Below are positions 11,978 through 25,900 of a DNA stretch of 47,746 nucleotides, piece by piece. Both the position numbers and the translations under genes were made by a program. The stretch covers positions 35,298,945-35,346,690 of the forward strand of contig NC_069003.1 of assembly GCF_001194135.2 (NCBI RefSeq). Direction: 5' to 3'. Below the pieces are notes generated by a model. The model saw nothing but the letters and a program-made list of their open reading frames with translations, did no database searches and was not told where the DNA came from. Numbering within the stretch: the first letter of the stretch is position 1; every line of letters begins with the position of its first letter. This DNA is from Octopus bimaculoides. Taxonomy: Eukaryota.

Positions 11978-12867
11978 GCTAGTAGTGTCGATGATGATGA
12001 CGATGATGATGATTATGATGGTGGTGGTGGTGGTGTTGCTAGTGGTGTCGATGATGATGATGACTATGATAGCGATGATTAATGGAAAAAGAAAGAAAAA
12101 TGGACGGATGGATGGGCGAAAGCTGTATGCGAGTAAGTAACATTCAATTAAGACAGAACATATGTAAGATTTGCTAGCACTTGCTGTATAATGAAGCGGT
12201 ACCTTTAGGAAGCAGCAGCAGCAGCAGTAGTAGTAGTAGTGGTGGTGGTGGTGGTGTGAAAGTGTTGAATGTCGTTTTGCATCTGTCTAGTCTAAATAAA
12301 CAGAAAGAATACAGTCTGCACCATTAAAGTGCAATCAAGGGCAGATTGATGTGAACAGCCCGGTTGTCTCGGCAACTTAGAATATACACCCACACTCCAC
12401 CTGGAAGAGGAATTCTTTATCAGACACCTTTCTTTCACTCCATACTCCTCCCCCTTTCCCACCTCCCCCTCTCTCTTGCTTAGTGCTGTTGGAACTCACG
12501 ATACATTTAATGTGTTCTTATTTAGTACTTAATACGAACTGAACGTGTCACAGAAAGATTAAACTCATGGTGACCTCCAGGCATTCAAATTAGCAGCCAC
12601 AGACTTGTGTGGAGAGGAGTTTGTCGCAGCGAGATGTCGCGGTGGAAATTTGAAGAAATCTTCTTCGTGAGGAGGTTCTTAATACCTGCACCGATTTACA
12701 TGTGTTTGGTAGATTTTGTGGACAGTAAGTTCAATCAGTAATCTGAGTAGAAGTGAAGAGTTAGCGACATCAGATACCTATCAATTTCTTGGCCCAGTGC
12801 ATAGTGAATCCAAGTCTTCACTATGATTTATTTAAAAAGGGCAGCAAGAGTAGGATATCATCTGAGA

Positions 12868-13270
12868 TTAAATCCCTATGTCAATGATAAAAGATGAGAC
12901 AAGCAGATACTTAGATAAGTTTCGGTCAGAACTGGCCAGCATCACCTGGAAAAGACATTTAATGATGTTTTCATAGAAGTCATTATTTGGAGCCCATAAC
13001 CTGTTCCAGTGAAGTGTTATTGTTTTCAGAGATATACCCGGTTGGTGTGGCTTCTGTGGAATTTGTTGGAGATATTCATCCAGGAACCATTTCAGTGTTA
13101 GGGGATGTGTTTCTTCTCTTATCTGTCTTGACATGACGTTTAAAGGGAGCCGGCCCAATTGAGTGAAATACTTTTGTAGAGGACAGATATCACGGGTCAA
13201 AGCCTCGGGTGAATTTTTAAGTTGATGCCAACATAATTTGGGCTGTGGAATTGGAATATTTTCCACCTCA
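12868..13270 (-). mobile_element. Probable LINE (CR1/L2-group-like) RT C-terminal remnant
   Basis: LKWFLDEYLQQIPQKPHQPG resembles the FKxxLDxxLxxxPDxP motif at the end of such ORF2s; heavily decayed. Confidence 0.4.
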
Positions 13271-13711
13271 TATAAATGATATAGTGCTCATGGCTCATGG
13301 CTATCTAGTTCGCTTCATTCACCCGTATGGAAAACGCATTGAAAGGAGCTGTACAAGAAAGTGAATCTTTGGATCAGAATTTGTACCGTAATTGATTTAA
13401 TTAATATATCATATCTAAGGAACCTAAGGAGTTATAACAGCAGAAACACGTGTCGGAATTTGATATGCAGAGAAAAATTTATAATGAAATAAATTTTAAC
13501 GATGTATAAATTCTCCATATATATANNNNNNNNNNNNNNNNNNNNNNNNNNNNNNNNNNNNNNNNNNNNNNNNNNNNNNNNNNNNNNNNNNNNNNNNNNN
13601 NNNNNNNNNNNNNNNNNNNNNNNNNNNNNNNNNNNNNNNNNNNNNNNNNNNNNNNNNNNNNNNNNNNNNNNNNNNNNNNNNNNNNNNNNNNNNNNNNNNN
13701 NNNNNNNNNNN

Positions 13712-13747
<36 letters not shown>

Positions 13748-14416
13748 AACACACATAGACACACACGCACGCATATATATATAGACTTCTCTCAGTCTCA
13801 CACACATATCATAGAAACTAACACGCATACACCCACACACGTCCATATGTATACGAGTGCACGATTATGTGCGTATGTGCACGTATATGCATATGCGTGT
13901 GAATGTATGTACACAATCATGTAAACATGTATATTTAAATTACTAATATACTGACGGAGGATATCCGTTTTGAGTAATGAAAACAAATTCATTAAAACTA
14001 GTCTTAATTAATTCATTAATTATATTTAACATTGAATTAGAACTAACATGATGACTGTTTTTGTTTTGGTGTTGTTCTTAGCTTCTTCTCGTTTCTTCTT
14101 AATTTTCCATTGCCAAGACAACCCATCTGGAAATAATGACCTTGTTCTCACACGTCACCTGACCTAGTTTCTAAACTAACAACATATCTACGATCTTTTT
14201 GACCTCAATATATTACTAGTATTTATTGGGTCAATGAGGAGGCCTCTATGTGGTTCCTTGGTTTGCTAGAAGAAGCAAATATGAACATATGTACATGTAT
14301 GTGTATATCCATATATATATATACATGCACACACACGCATATATACATACATACACACACCGCATATATACAAACTTACATACACACGCATACACAAACA
14401 CATACACACACCTATA

Positions 14417-15490
14417 CAGAGGTTGGACAAAATAATGGAAACACGTTAAAATTTCAAACAAATTTATTTTAATATGGGGTAGGACCGCCTTTGGTAGTAA
14501 TTACAGCTTGAATTCTACGAGGTATGGATTCGTACAAAGTTTGAATTGTTTCCAAAGGAATTTTTGTCCATTCTTGGTGGAGGATATCGACTCCTTACTT
14601 GTTTTTCTAAAATGCACTATAAATGCGCAATGATATTGATATCTGGGGACTGTGGTGACAAGATAAGATATTCAACTTCACTAGAATGCTCCTCGTGCCA
14701 TTTCGTATCAACTTTAGCTGTGTGAGTTGGTGCATTATCATCCTGAAAGATTGCATTTCCCCCCCGGAAACAGTTCCGCAATCATAGGATGAATTTGATC
14801 AGATAAAATACTTAAATAGACCTGACTATTAATTCTGCCATGAAGGGAAACCATTGTGCCGGCGGATTTCCAAGATATAGCCCCCACCCCCACACCAGAT
14901 CATCACAGATCCTCCTCCATGTTTAACAGTTGGAAGAAGGCAGTCTTGGTCAAATGCTTATGTTGGCTGTCTCCACACGTATACTCGGCCGGTGGTCGGA
15001 AATAAGGTAAAGGATGACTCGTCCGAGAAGATAACATTCTTCCACTGCTCTAGGGACCAATTCTGTAGGTTTTTACTCCACTCTAAACGCTTTGTAACGT
15101 TTGTTTTTGAAAGTAGTGGTTTTCTGATTGCAGCCCTCCCGTGAAATCCGGCTTTGTGCAACTCTCGGCGAACGGTTTTTGTGGAAANNNNNNNNNNCTT
15201 GGTCAAATGCTTATGTTGGCTGTCTCCACACGTATACTCGGCCGGTGGTCGGAAATAAGGTAAAGGATGACTCGTCCGAGAAGATAACATTCTTCCACTG
15301 CTCTAGGGACCAATTCTGTAGGTTTTTACTCCACTCTAAACGCTTTGTAACGTTTGTTTTTGAAAGTAGTGGTTTTCTGATTGCAGCCCTCCCGTGAAAT
15401 CCGGCTTTGTGCAACTCTCGGCGAACGGTTTTTGTGGAAACTGGGTTCTCGAGGTGGTCATTAAGCTCTGCAGTAATTTTGGGAGCTGTA
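14417..15490 (-). mobile_element. Decayed Tc1-family (DD34E) transposon fragment
   Basis: TVRRELHKAGF, KPLLS, WKNVIFSDES, VKHGGGSVMIW, IFQDDNAP and SPDINIIAHL* (degenerate E motif); TA|CAGAGGTTGGACAAAATAATGGAAAC terminus at 14417; 5' end truncated. Confidence 0.9.
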
Positions 15491-16186
15491 CACAGACATA
15501 TGTATATAAATACACACACATATCTTAGAATTATAGTTTTTGTTCTCGTTAACTCTAAGTTATGTATTGAGTTCTTCCTCGCCTTTATACACACATAGAC
15601 GTACATGTGTATGTATGTAGTTATATGCCGGCTTGTATATGCGCGTGCACGCATGTTTGTAGATCAACAAGGGATTGCCGATACATCGGTGCGTCGAATC
15701 AAACTATCAACTGGAAACTAAACACTCCGTTTCTGCTGGGAAAGACTTTCAGAAATAGAAATCTATAAAATTAATATCCAAGAGCTGGTATCAAATCAGC
15801 CAGCTGAAAGCCCTGAAGACGGTGCTGTAGCATGGCCGTTATACAAAAAATAAACTAACGAAATCATAAACTAAATAATTCTGAAGCGTTGCTCGCCATG
15901 ACATAAAAGTGAAACAGTTTCCATAATTTAAAACACAGCTTGATCTAACCGTTTGTAGCGTTGCACATGTGACAGGCGTAAAACATGTATGTGTGCGCAT
16001 TTTGTCGGACAGATGGTCTGCAGAGTATACATCACTTGTCTGTTGTAGTTTTGATCGTGCGAATGTGTGTGTGTGTGTGTAGTCGTACAAGAGGCCATAT
16101 ACGTGAAAAAATATGCACTCGTCTTCTTGTCAATAGTGTGGGTAAAAGAATGAATGAGACCTCGACATTATGTAAATAGAGGAATT

Positions 16187-16315
16187 TATCTGTAATATAA
16201 TATGTGACAATTATTCGGTTGCCATAATAGAACTCCGAGTTTCTGATGTCGGGGCGGAAACCTGCTCCGGCATCTCGTCAATGCAACCGAATAATTGTCA
16301 CATATTATATTACAG

Positions 16316-16318
<3 letters not shown>
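16187..16318. mobile_element. ~130-bp MITE with 36-bp TIRs
   Basis: TATCTGTAATATAATATGTGACAATTATTCGGTTGC vs reverse complement of 16283-16318 match at 34/36; TA ends. Confidence 0.8.
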
Positions 16319-16346
<28 letters not shown>

Positions 16347-16662
16347 CATTGCACACACACACACACATATACATATCTATATATATATCATANNNNNNNN
16401 NNNNNNNNNNNNNNNNNNNNNNNNNNNNNNNNNNNNNNNNNNNNNNNNNNNNNNNNNNNNNNNNNNNNNNNNNNNNNNNNNNNNNNNNNNNNNNNNNNNN
16501 NNNNNNNNNNNNNNNNNNNNNNNNNNNNNNNNNNNNNNNNNNNNNNNNNNNNNNNNNNNNNNNNNNNNNNNNNNNNNNNNNNNNNNNNNNNNNNNNNNNN
16601 NNNNNNNNNNNNNNNNNNNNNNNNNNNNNNNNNNNNNNNNNNNNNNNNNNNNNNNNNNNNNN

Positions 16663-16695
<33 letters not shown>

Positions 16696-18098
16696 AATTC
16701 AAGTTACGTTGAAAGTCAACGAAGTTTGCTTTAGAAGCGTTGAGATGTGTCGAAAGATTAGGAAATAATTTTTGACATGCCATTCAGAAAGTCCCACGGG
16801 TCGTTGATTGCTCATGACTGATCTAAATCGCCACTTAGCCTGCCAGAAATAGCAGACGAACCTTTGTCAAAGGAAGAACGTAATCGTTTAACCCTGTATC
16901 TGAAACCGCACACAAAGATACGGGATGGCCACAAGTGGAATGTCTTTCACCATAGATCTGTTCAATAACGATTAAACTGCAACAACTACATATTGAGACA
17001 GAACAGGTCGTGGAAATATATTAGAAATCATGTTCACTTTTTGTTTTCTGTCACTATGGATGTCTTTTCATAGTCGACGTTTTCCATCAGACACCGGTAG
17101 AGTTTTTACATTAACGTGTATTTTATAATAATTGTAAACAATATTTTATATACAAAATCAAATGAGTTAACATGATCGTGATAGATATTCAATAAGGTAT
17201 GTGTATATATTTGATTATTTAATACGTGTTTCTCAAAAGATTCATTTGATCAGTATATATATATCGATATTGTATTAACATGATCAACTCATTTTATTTC
17301 TTCCTGGCCGCCTGTCACATCCCTTAATCAAAACACGACCCTACTCCCATTCATTGCCTTCTTTGGTCTCCCGAATCAGGGTCCGAGTTAGACAGCATTC
17401 ATTGATGAATTATTTCTCTTTTAATTTTCAAGATTATCGCTCAGTGTTTATAATGAGCGGACGTGTGAAAAGGGTGTGAGCGTTTGCTTTAATATAAATG
17501 TATGTTTACACGCACGCACACGCACACACACGTCCATCACCACAGAGTGATGTTACAATTACGGTAAAGGGGAATATTTAAAATCACTTTAACAATAATT
17601 GCTCCCGATTCATTTGTTGTTTGCAGGCATGTCTTAGCAGTGCCCCCCCCCCCACATGGAGGCATGAATATCACACACTCTCCATTCAAATTACATGTAA
17701 ACTGAGAAAGTATGNNNNNNNNNNNNNNNNNNNNNNNNNNNNNNNNNNNNNNNNNNNNNNNNNNNNNNNNNNNNNNNNNNNNNNNNNNNNNNNNNNNNNN
17801 NNNNNNNNNNNNNNNNNNNNNNNNNNNNNNNNNNNNNNNNNNNNNNNNNNNNNNNNNNNNNNNNNNNNNNNNNNNNNNNNNNNNNNNNNNNNNNNNNNNN
17901 NNNNNNNNNNNNNNNNNNNNNNNNNNNNNNNNNNNNNNNNNNNNNNNNNNNNNNNNNNNNNNNNNNNNNNNNNNNNNNNNNNNNNNNNNNNNNNNNNNNN
18001 NNNNNNNNNNNNNNNNNNNNNNNNNNNNNNNNNNNNNNNNNNNNNNNNNNNNNNNNNNNNNNNNNNNNNNNNNNNNNNNNNNNNNNNNNNNNNNNNNN

Positions 18099-18151
<53 letters not shown>

Positions 18152-19670
18152 TCATTCATTCACACGTGTGTGTCTTTATCATTGGGACCTTCTAATTCTT
18201 ACAACTGCCTTGAAATCGATTCAGTCAATCACATATACGTTGCCTTTTGACACCGAAGCTATTGTTAGAACTACATGTTGTCACTAGACATTTCAACTCG
18301 TAGAATAATTTAAAACCAAAAATTGTCACAGTTTGTTCTGGTATCTCGTTTAGTTTCCTTATTCTTGCAATGTCTAACTTAAACGAGGAATAAATTATAA
18401 ACGGTCATCATAGAGTTCTCTCCCTTATTTATTCAAACTATTTTTTTTTTTCGAGATTGTTTTTATTTTGGGTTTTGGTGTGTCCTTGGGCCATGTTTAA
18501 GAATTGCTATAAAAAGTTCAGTCGATTATACATTTTTTTCGTATTTGACTACTATTTTATCAACCGCTAAAAGGCCTAGATTGTAAACTGGATACAAATG
18601 ACCCATATTTTAAACTAGTTGACCTGCTAGAAATAGCAGACGAACCCTTTGTCAAAGAAAGGACATTAAATAACAGATTTTAGAAGAAAATTGAGACACA
18701 TAGCTTTTAAAGAAATTAGTGATTAAGGTGAAGTAAATTGGGTCCAATTAAAACTATAGTCCTGTCTTGGCTTTTAGATAAGCGATCACTAATTTTAAAG
18801 GTATTGACACCTTATAGGGGATAATATAAAGTTGAAATAAAAGGATCAGAAATCTATTTGGATTCAGGTTTGGTACAAATGTTTAGAATGGAAGGAGAAA
18901 GTACTTCTACTGGATATTACGTAGTTAGGGTGGTCAAAGATGGACAGACACAACTAAATGTATTTTAGTATTTAGTTCTGTATCTCTAGTTTCTGAGTGT
19001 AAATCTCTCTTTACCTCTGACTTTATCTTTCATCTTTGCACTGTCTTGTTTTTTATTATAATTCCATTTATCTATATCTTGAGCAATTATAGAAATATTA
19101 AATCTACCTTACTACTTGATTCACACTTTATTTGATCACTCTCTCCTCTCTGAAGAATGAAAGTTTATGGCAATGTTGTATAAACTCTGTAATTAGAGAA
19201 CCAAAACTAAATACCACAATGATTTTATTCAACACTTCAGCAAATCTGCTAATCTTGGGTCCTATTTGTCTTGGTCTTCCTCCTCCAGATATCATTTGAT
19301 ATTATCATCATCCATGCAAATGTAAATCATTTGTTCTCATCCAATATCACAATTCGCTAGAATATTGCCTACATGAATAACAAAATCTAATCAATCATGA
19401 CTTTGCATCAAATAGGCTCCAGCAGTGCTTCCTTCTGAGCCTATCAACCAGTATAAATTCAGTATGTTGTGACTACTAGACAGAAAGCTCTGGGATGCAG
19501 CAGCAGAGAGAGCATTGACAGATACTGTGCTTACCTGACTTTTTTTCCCCTGTATATCAGGCTTATTCAGAATTCTTGGTCTTGTTCCTAGGCAAAAATA
19601 AGAAATGGTTTTCATAGAAGTAATTTCTTTAATTTCAGAACCAGTTGCTTTTGCATTCACACAGAAGAAC

Positions 19671-19700
19671 ATGAGAAACGCAGATGATTCACCTGAACAA
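19671..19700 (+). CDS. WDR41: WDR41 first coding exon (MRNADDSPEQ)
   Basis: Acceptor tttcag|19639, ATG 19671, donor CAA|gtgagt, phase 0 into the next exon. Confidence 0.7.
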
Positions 19701-19914
19701 GTGAGTTAAACACAAATACTTACGGTTAAGTAATAAGGTGAATAGAAACAAAGTCACACCCTGAGGTTTTTACTAATTAATCATATGTGTGTGTGTGTAT
19801 GTTCTTCAGTGTGTTTCAGTCCTCCAAGTTATGATTTATAAAGTTTTGTGTATAAAATGTTCATAAGTGAAATCCAGAGTCAAACCTTGTACAATCTATC
19901 TATCTATCTATCTA

Positions 19915-19976
<62 letters not shown>

Positions 19977-22900
19977 ACAACTGCAATATTCTTGATATTT
20001 GGAATATAATGATGAGATTTGGTCTAAAAAATTTTAAATGAATAGATTATTAGACAGGTGATGAGGTGGAGGAAGAAGTTAATAACAGTGGCAGCATTGG
20101 TAATAATGAAGAAAATGAAGAAATTGTTCATGGTGGTGGTGACTGTTACATCTAAATTTCTTTTTCTTTTGTCAGGAAAAACCAGACACTTTGGATCATG
20201 GCCAGCCTTACAATTTATACACAGAAATACATTTACTTGAAGATCACAAAGATATTGTCCGCAAACTTCTGCGACTTGACAACAGAAGGTTTGCTCCATT
20301 TTTATTTCCTCTTTCAACATGCACATGCGCATACACACACACACATGCACAATGCACACAGACACATACTCCTCTCTTTCTAACACACACACACACACAT
20401 ACATATAGACTCCTGCTCAGTATTTCTGACCAATAATCATAAGCAACAACAAATCTGTTTTAAAACAACCGAAACGATTCTCTTGCAACCCAGCAACAAG
20501 AAAATACTTTTTTTTCTAACAAAACCATTTTATATCTCTTCAGGTTTGCTTCAGCTGCAGATGATGCTACCATCATCATTTGGGATGTTGAGGTAAGAAT
20601 TTTGTGAAATTTTGTGTCAAAATTGCTCATCATTAACCTCAGTTCCCCCTCCTCCTCCTCCTCCTCTTCATTGTTGTAATCTAATGTCCTCCTTCCATGC
20701 TGTTATTGGTTGGCTAATTGGACGGTTTGACAAGCAGCAGTGAACCAGAGGCCTGTGCCGAGCTGCAGTGTCTGCTTTCTCATGGTTTCTATGGCTCGAT
20801 GCCCTTCCTAGTGCCAACCGACTTATGATGAGTGCTGGGTGCATTTTACATAGCACTGGGAGCAGTGATGTCACCAAGCAACTCACAAGACAAGGAGATA
20901 GCTATGGTCAGGGGATGAGGAGTTAAAGTATGACAGAGAGACAGAAACAGGTGCCTTGCTGTAGAGGAGATACATGGCTACCCCAGTTGGAAGAGAGAAA
21001 AGGGTGGTGAAGATGTGTCAGGGTGCACCCTTGTGTTGCAGGAAGGTGAATAAAAGGGAAGTGGTCCAGAGGAATGGACAGGGTGAAGTGGGTGGGTAAG
21101 TCAGTTTGTGAAAGTGTCAAAGGACAGAGTGACAGATGTCAGGGAGACAAATGCAGTGAATGGTGAACCTTTTATNNNNNNNNNNNNNNNNNNNNNNNNN
21201 NNNNNNNNNNNNNNNNNNNNNNNNNNNNNNNNNNNNNNNNNNNNNNNNNNNNNNNNNNNNNNNNNNNNNNNNNNNNNNNNNNNNNNNNNNNNNNNNNNNN
21301 NNNNNNNNNNNNNNNNNNNNNNNNNNNNNNNNNNNNNNNNNNNNNNNNNNNNNNNNNNNNNNNNNNNNNNNNNNNNNNNNNNNNNNNNNNNNNNNNNNNN
21401 NNNNNNNNNNNNNNNNNNNNNNNNNNNNNNNNNNNNNNNNNNNNNNNNNNNNNNNNNNNNNNNNNNNNNNNNNNNNNNNNNNNNNNNNNNNNNNNNNNNN
21501 NNNNNNNNNNNNNNNNNNNNNNNNNNNNNNNNNNNNNNNNNNNNNNNNNNNNNNNNNNNNNNNNNNNNNNNNNNNNNNNNNNNNNNNNNNNNNNNNNNNN
21601 NNNNNNNNNNNNNNNNNNNNNNNNNNNNNNNNNNNNNNNNNNNNNNNNNNNNNNNNNNNNNNNNNNNNNNNNNNNNNNNNNNNNNNNNNNNNNNNNNNNN
21701 NNNNNNNNNNNNNNNNNNNNNNNNNNNNNNNNNNNNNNNNNNNNNNNNNNNNNNNNNNNNNNNNNNNNNNNNNNNNNNNNNNNNNNNNNNNNTATACATA
21801 CACACACAGGAGGGGTTTCTTTCAGTTTTTGTCTACCAAATTCACTCACAAGGCTTTGGTCAGCCCAAGGCAATAGTAGAAGACACTTGTTTTTGTTTTG
21901 TGTTTGTTTGAAGCCATGTCATATCAGTTGATCTTGAATTGTTATTTACATTTCCAGGTGTGGGATATTGACACTGGATCTTGTCTACATATTGCTACAG
22001 ACCATTCCGGTTCTGTTCGGGTTAGTTTCTATTTATTACTCATTGAATTAATTATTGAATTATCTCAAATCAATACTGACTTTCCACACTAATGTTACTG
22101 GAAGGATAAGTTTGTAAATTTCAATAATTGTTAAAAGAGAGAGAGAGAGGGAGATGACAGTGACATCATCTTAGTTTAAAGACATGGGTAATCAAGTCTT
22201 AATTCTTTTTTATTTATTCAATCTCATACTGTTTCAAGTATATTGAAACTGACAATATTTTAATCTTTCAAATGACATGAATTTAAAACAGGATAGATTT
22301 AAGTAAGCCTCTGTGTATGTGTAGAAAGAGAAAGAAAGAGAGAGAAACATACACACAAACACACCAATTATACTATTCTTTATAAAATTAATTAATTTAT
22401 TTATCTTATATATCTCTTTATTTAATACATAATAGCAGTCAATTTATGAGTAGCTGAAATGTTATTGAAGTCTTTTAATGAAGCCATCTTTGATTTGCTG
22501 CTGTTCCAGTGCCTGATTCCTTTAAATGATGGAGAAATGTTTGCTTCTGGAGGTCAGGAGATATGTGTGTGGAACAAAGAGGGAAAACTTCTACATAAAT
22601 ACAACCGCAGTGTCAACTTAGGTATGTAACATGTTATTGAGATGGTCACGTTTAAGGTTTCTATGTTGAAGGCTCTTGTTTAACATCTCCCAAGGTCAGT
22701 TATTACCAACAACTACATCGTCCAATATAGAATGTTCCTTATTTTTTTAAGACAGTAAGGCGTGATTTGAAGGAAGTTTGGCTGTTCTTTCTAATATATT
22801 GAGTGACCATGTACAGGCTCCTTTACTGAAATCATGTTTCAGTAGTTGTTTCTGAAGACTTAATACACCTTTAGCCGATAACCATCAGTGATAGCCATCA

Positions 22901-25900
22901 ATTGTGATCAGTAATCAGTCCCAGCAGAATTAAGGTTGTAGAGAATTCAACTGTGATGGTTTGAGACTCACAACCCACATTGGTGACTGCCAATACCATC
23001 AGTCAGTCATCTCAGCCAATACCATGATGGTGTAAACGAAACAAGTGGAAATTTTAATTATTTTTCATTTTTTTTTTTGTCTCTTTTTCTCTTTGACAGT
23101 TCCTGTAATAGCGTTACTCAGTATCACTAATAACCGTATTGTAGCAGCATCTGAGAAACAACTTGGTAAGTCTTTCATTGTTTCACTGGTTCTACAAAGT
23201 AAACTCTAGCCTGGTTCTATTGTAACCACTAATATCTACATCATCATCATCGTTATTTTAATGTCCACTTTTCCAAGTTTGCATGGAGGAGACAGAATTT
23301 ATTGTGGTAGATTTTCTACTGCCAGAAGCCCTTTCTGCCACCAATACTCACCTGTTTCCAAGCAAGCTAATATTTCTAAAGCTGGACATATTTCTAAAGC
23401 TGAAGATTGAAAAGTAAGGACATTGCTTGTATGAATGTCCTTAATTTTGTAGTATTTACAAGCATTCCGGTGGAATGCACCCCCCCCCCGCCCACACACA
23501 CACACGTCAGTACACAGGAATTGTAGACTGCCAATTTGGTGTTATTTTTCAAGCCTCTCTGGGACCAGACATGACTCTACAGAACAGCAAAGCCTTTTTT
23601 ATTTGGGCAGTGATCTCATTGTTTAAAGAGGAGCGTCTGTTGATGCATGTCAACTCACATATGGAAGGACAGACAGGATGTGCTTTTTGAAATACATGTA
23701 TGATGATGGTGATGGTGATGGTGATGGTGATGATGATGACGATGATGGTGATGATGATGATGATGATCTTAAATGCATTTTCAATTGCTTATTTGCAGAA
23801 GTGTACAGTGTGAAATACGAAGGTACATCTTCAGCAGAAATCTCCTTTGAACGAAACTTAGGACCACACCGTGAACCAATTCAGTCCCTTGTGACAATCT
23901 CAGGTAACTATTCTGGTTGGGTTTTGTTTCCCCCCCCCCCCATAAATACAGTAACAATGTGATTATATTGTCTTGAAGTTGACATCACATCATTTTTTCC
24001 CGTTGCACATCAAAGTCCTTCTTAACATTGTAAGCCTCTGAGTAAAGCAATGAATAACAAACCACAGAACTCATTGATTGGTATTGTGTCCCCAGTCCCC
24101 AGACTCATGGCAATTGTCCACTGTCCCCATGCCTCCCAACAACAAACACACAGTATCTATTCGGTTATGTTAGAGTGTGGCTTACCCATAGCCTTTCAAA
24201 AGCTTTAGTTGATATCAATCCTAGTATTTATTTCAGTCTGGTACATATTTTATTGAACTCTATTTATTGAACTGCTAATTTATGGGATGTAAATTGACAC
24301 ATCATAAACACAAGCACTGACAAAATGGACACATACATACATACACGCATATACATACACACACATACATATACATACATATGTATGTGGTTTTGGTGGT
24401 GATGATGAGTGATAATAATAATAATAATGATAATAATAATAATAATACCAATAATATATAAACCATTTCTTATAGCAGATCTTTCAAATCCAGACATGGC
24501 GTTTCCTTTTCAATTTCCAGATAAAATGTTCTGTAGTGGCTCCATTGATGGAATGATCATCGTTTGGTCAGCAAAACTAAAACCTACTCACAGCATCAAT
24601 TCTATCCCAGATTATAAAGGCAACAGTAAATTATTTCCCTACAGCGTTCAACATGTATTTTGTGCAGAAAACGTATGTACAACATTTTCATGGCTCCTTC
24701 TCATATGGTTGGCTGTTATACTATAACTTATTATGTTGTAACTGTGTCATTCTATAATACTATGGTATATCACATTGTAGATTAATTTAAGTCAGTGTTA
24801 CTTACTCTCATGTCCAACAATTGATTTCTATCATGGAAGTAAAATATACAAACCTTTTGTAAATGATGGGTTTCAATAAATTAGATTGCTGTCGTTATGT
24901 TACTCGTCAATATTTTGAACACAACAAAGAAATGGGAAAGGTGCTGCCCTGGTTTTTGCTCTTAGATCCTGTCCTGAAATATAATTACAGCAAAATTTCA
25001 TAACACACTGTAGAGCATATAAACCCTATAGAAGAATATATATATATCAAGCTGAAGTTTAAAACAATTCTGGGATTATAACGGTTAATGAGAACATGTA
25101 GGTCTACACATTCTTGTGTAACATTAGGCAACTGATATACATTATATATATATATAATCCAGATCTGGCCAACCACATTGAATGGTTGGAAATATAAAGA
25201 GTTGTTTAAGATAAACAATTACTCAGTACCTCACTTGAAAGTTAGATCCTGAGTTTGCTCCATTAGATTTCACACAACATACAGAATCTAGAATCAAGAC
25301 ATCATAAAGAAGAATAGAGAATTAGACAGCTTCAAGATTTATTCATTAAAGCATTATGAAGATTAGAATTTGATGAGAATAATGCTTTTGAAAATGCATA
25401 ATTCTCCATTCTTCCTTATGATGTCTTGTATATATATATATATATATATGATGGGGTGCTGAAAAGTTCCAGTCTTTGGGTAAAAGAAAAATACAGGATG
25501 ACCAGTTAATTATGATTTTATCCAATATATTCCCCTGCTTAGATTCACACACTCATTGCAGTGGTCCTTTAGTTTTTCTAAGCCCTGTGATACCCTTGAA
25601 GCCAGGAACTTTTCAGAACCCCTTTGCATATATGCGTGTGTGTGTGTGTGTGTGTGTATAAATAGATAGATAGACAGAATCACTATATACACACACAAAG
25701 TAAATATCTTAGAACTGGTCACCTTTATCTTTCATCCTCCTGGGCCTGATAAAATAAAAGCCAATAAAATCACATGAATTATTCCTTGAATCCGTTCTAT
25801 ATTTTCATTTTAAATAATTTATTGTGACTTCAGCGTTATATATTTGCTGCTATCGGAGCAGGATTTTGTATCTATGATGTGGAGACCCGACGCTTTGTAG

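Noticed and set aside
13308-13366. RFIHPYGKR, a neuropeptide-like amidation site
   Set aside because: Short, no signal peptide, weak acceptor; GKR is frequent by chance
14048-14167. 39-aa hydrophobic ORF MMTVFVLVLFLASS...
   Set aside because: T-rich DNA yields hydrophobic codons by default; no donor or other support
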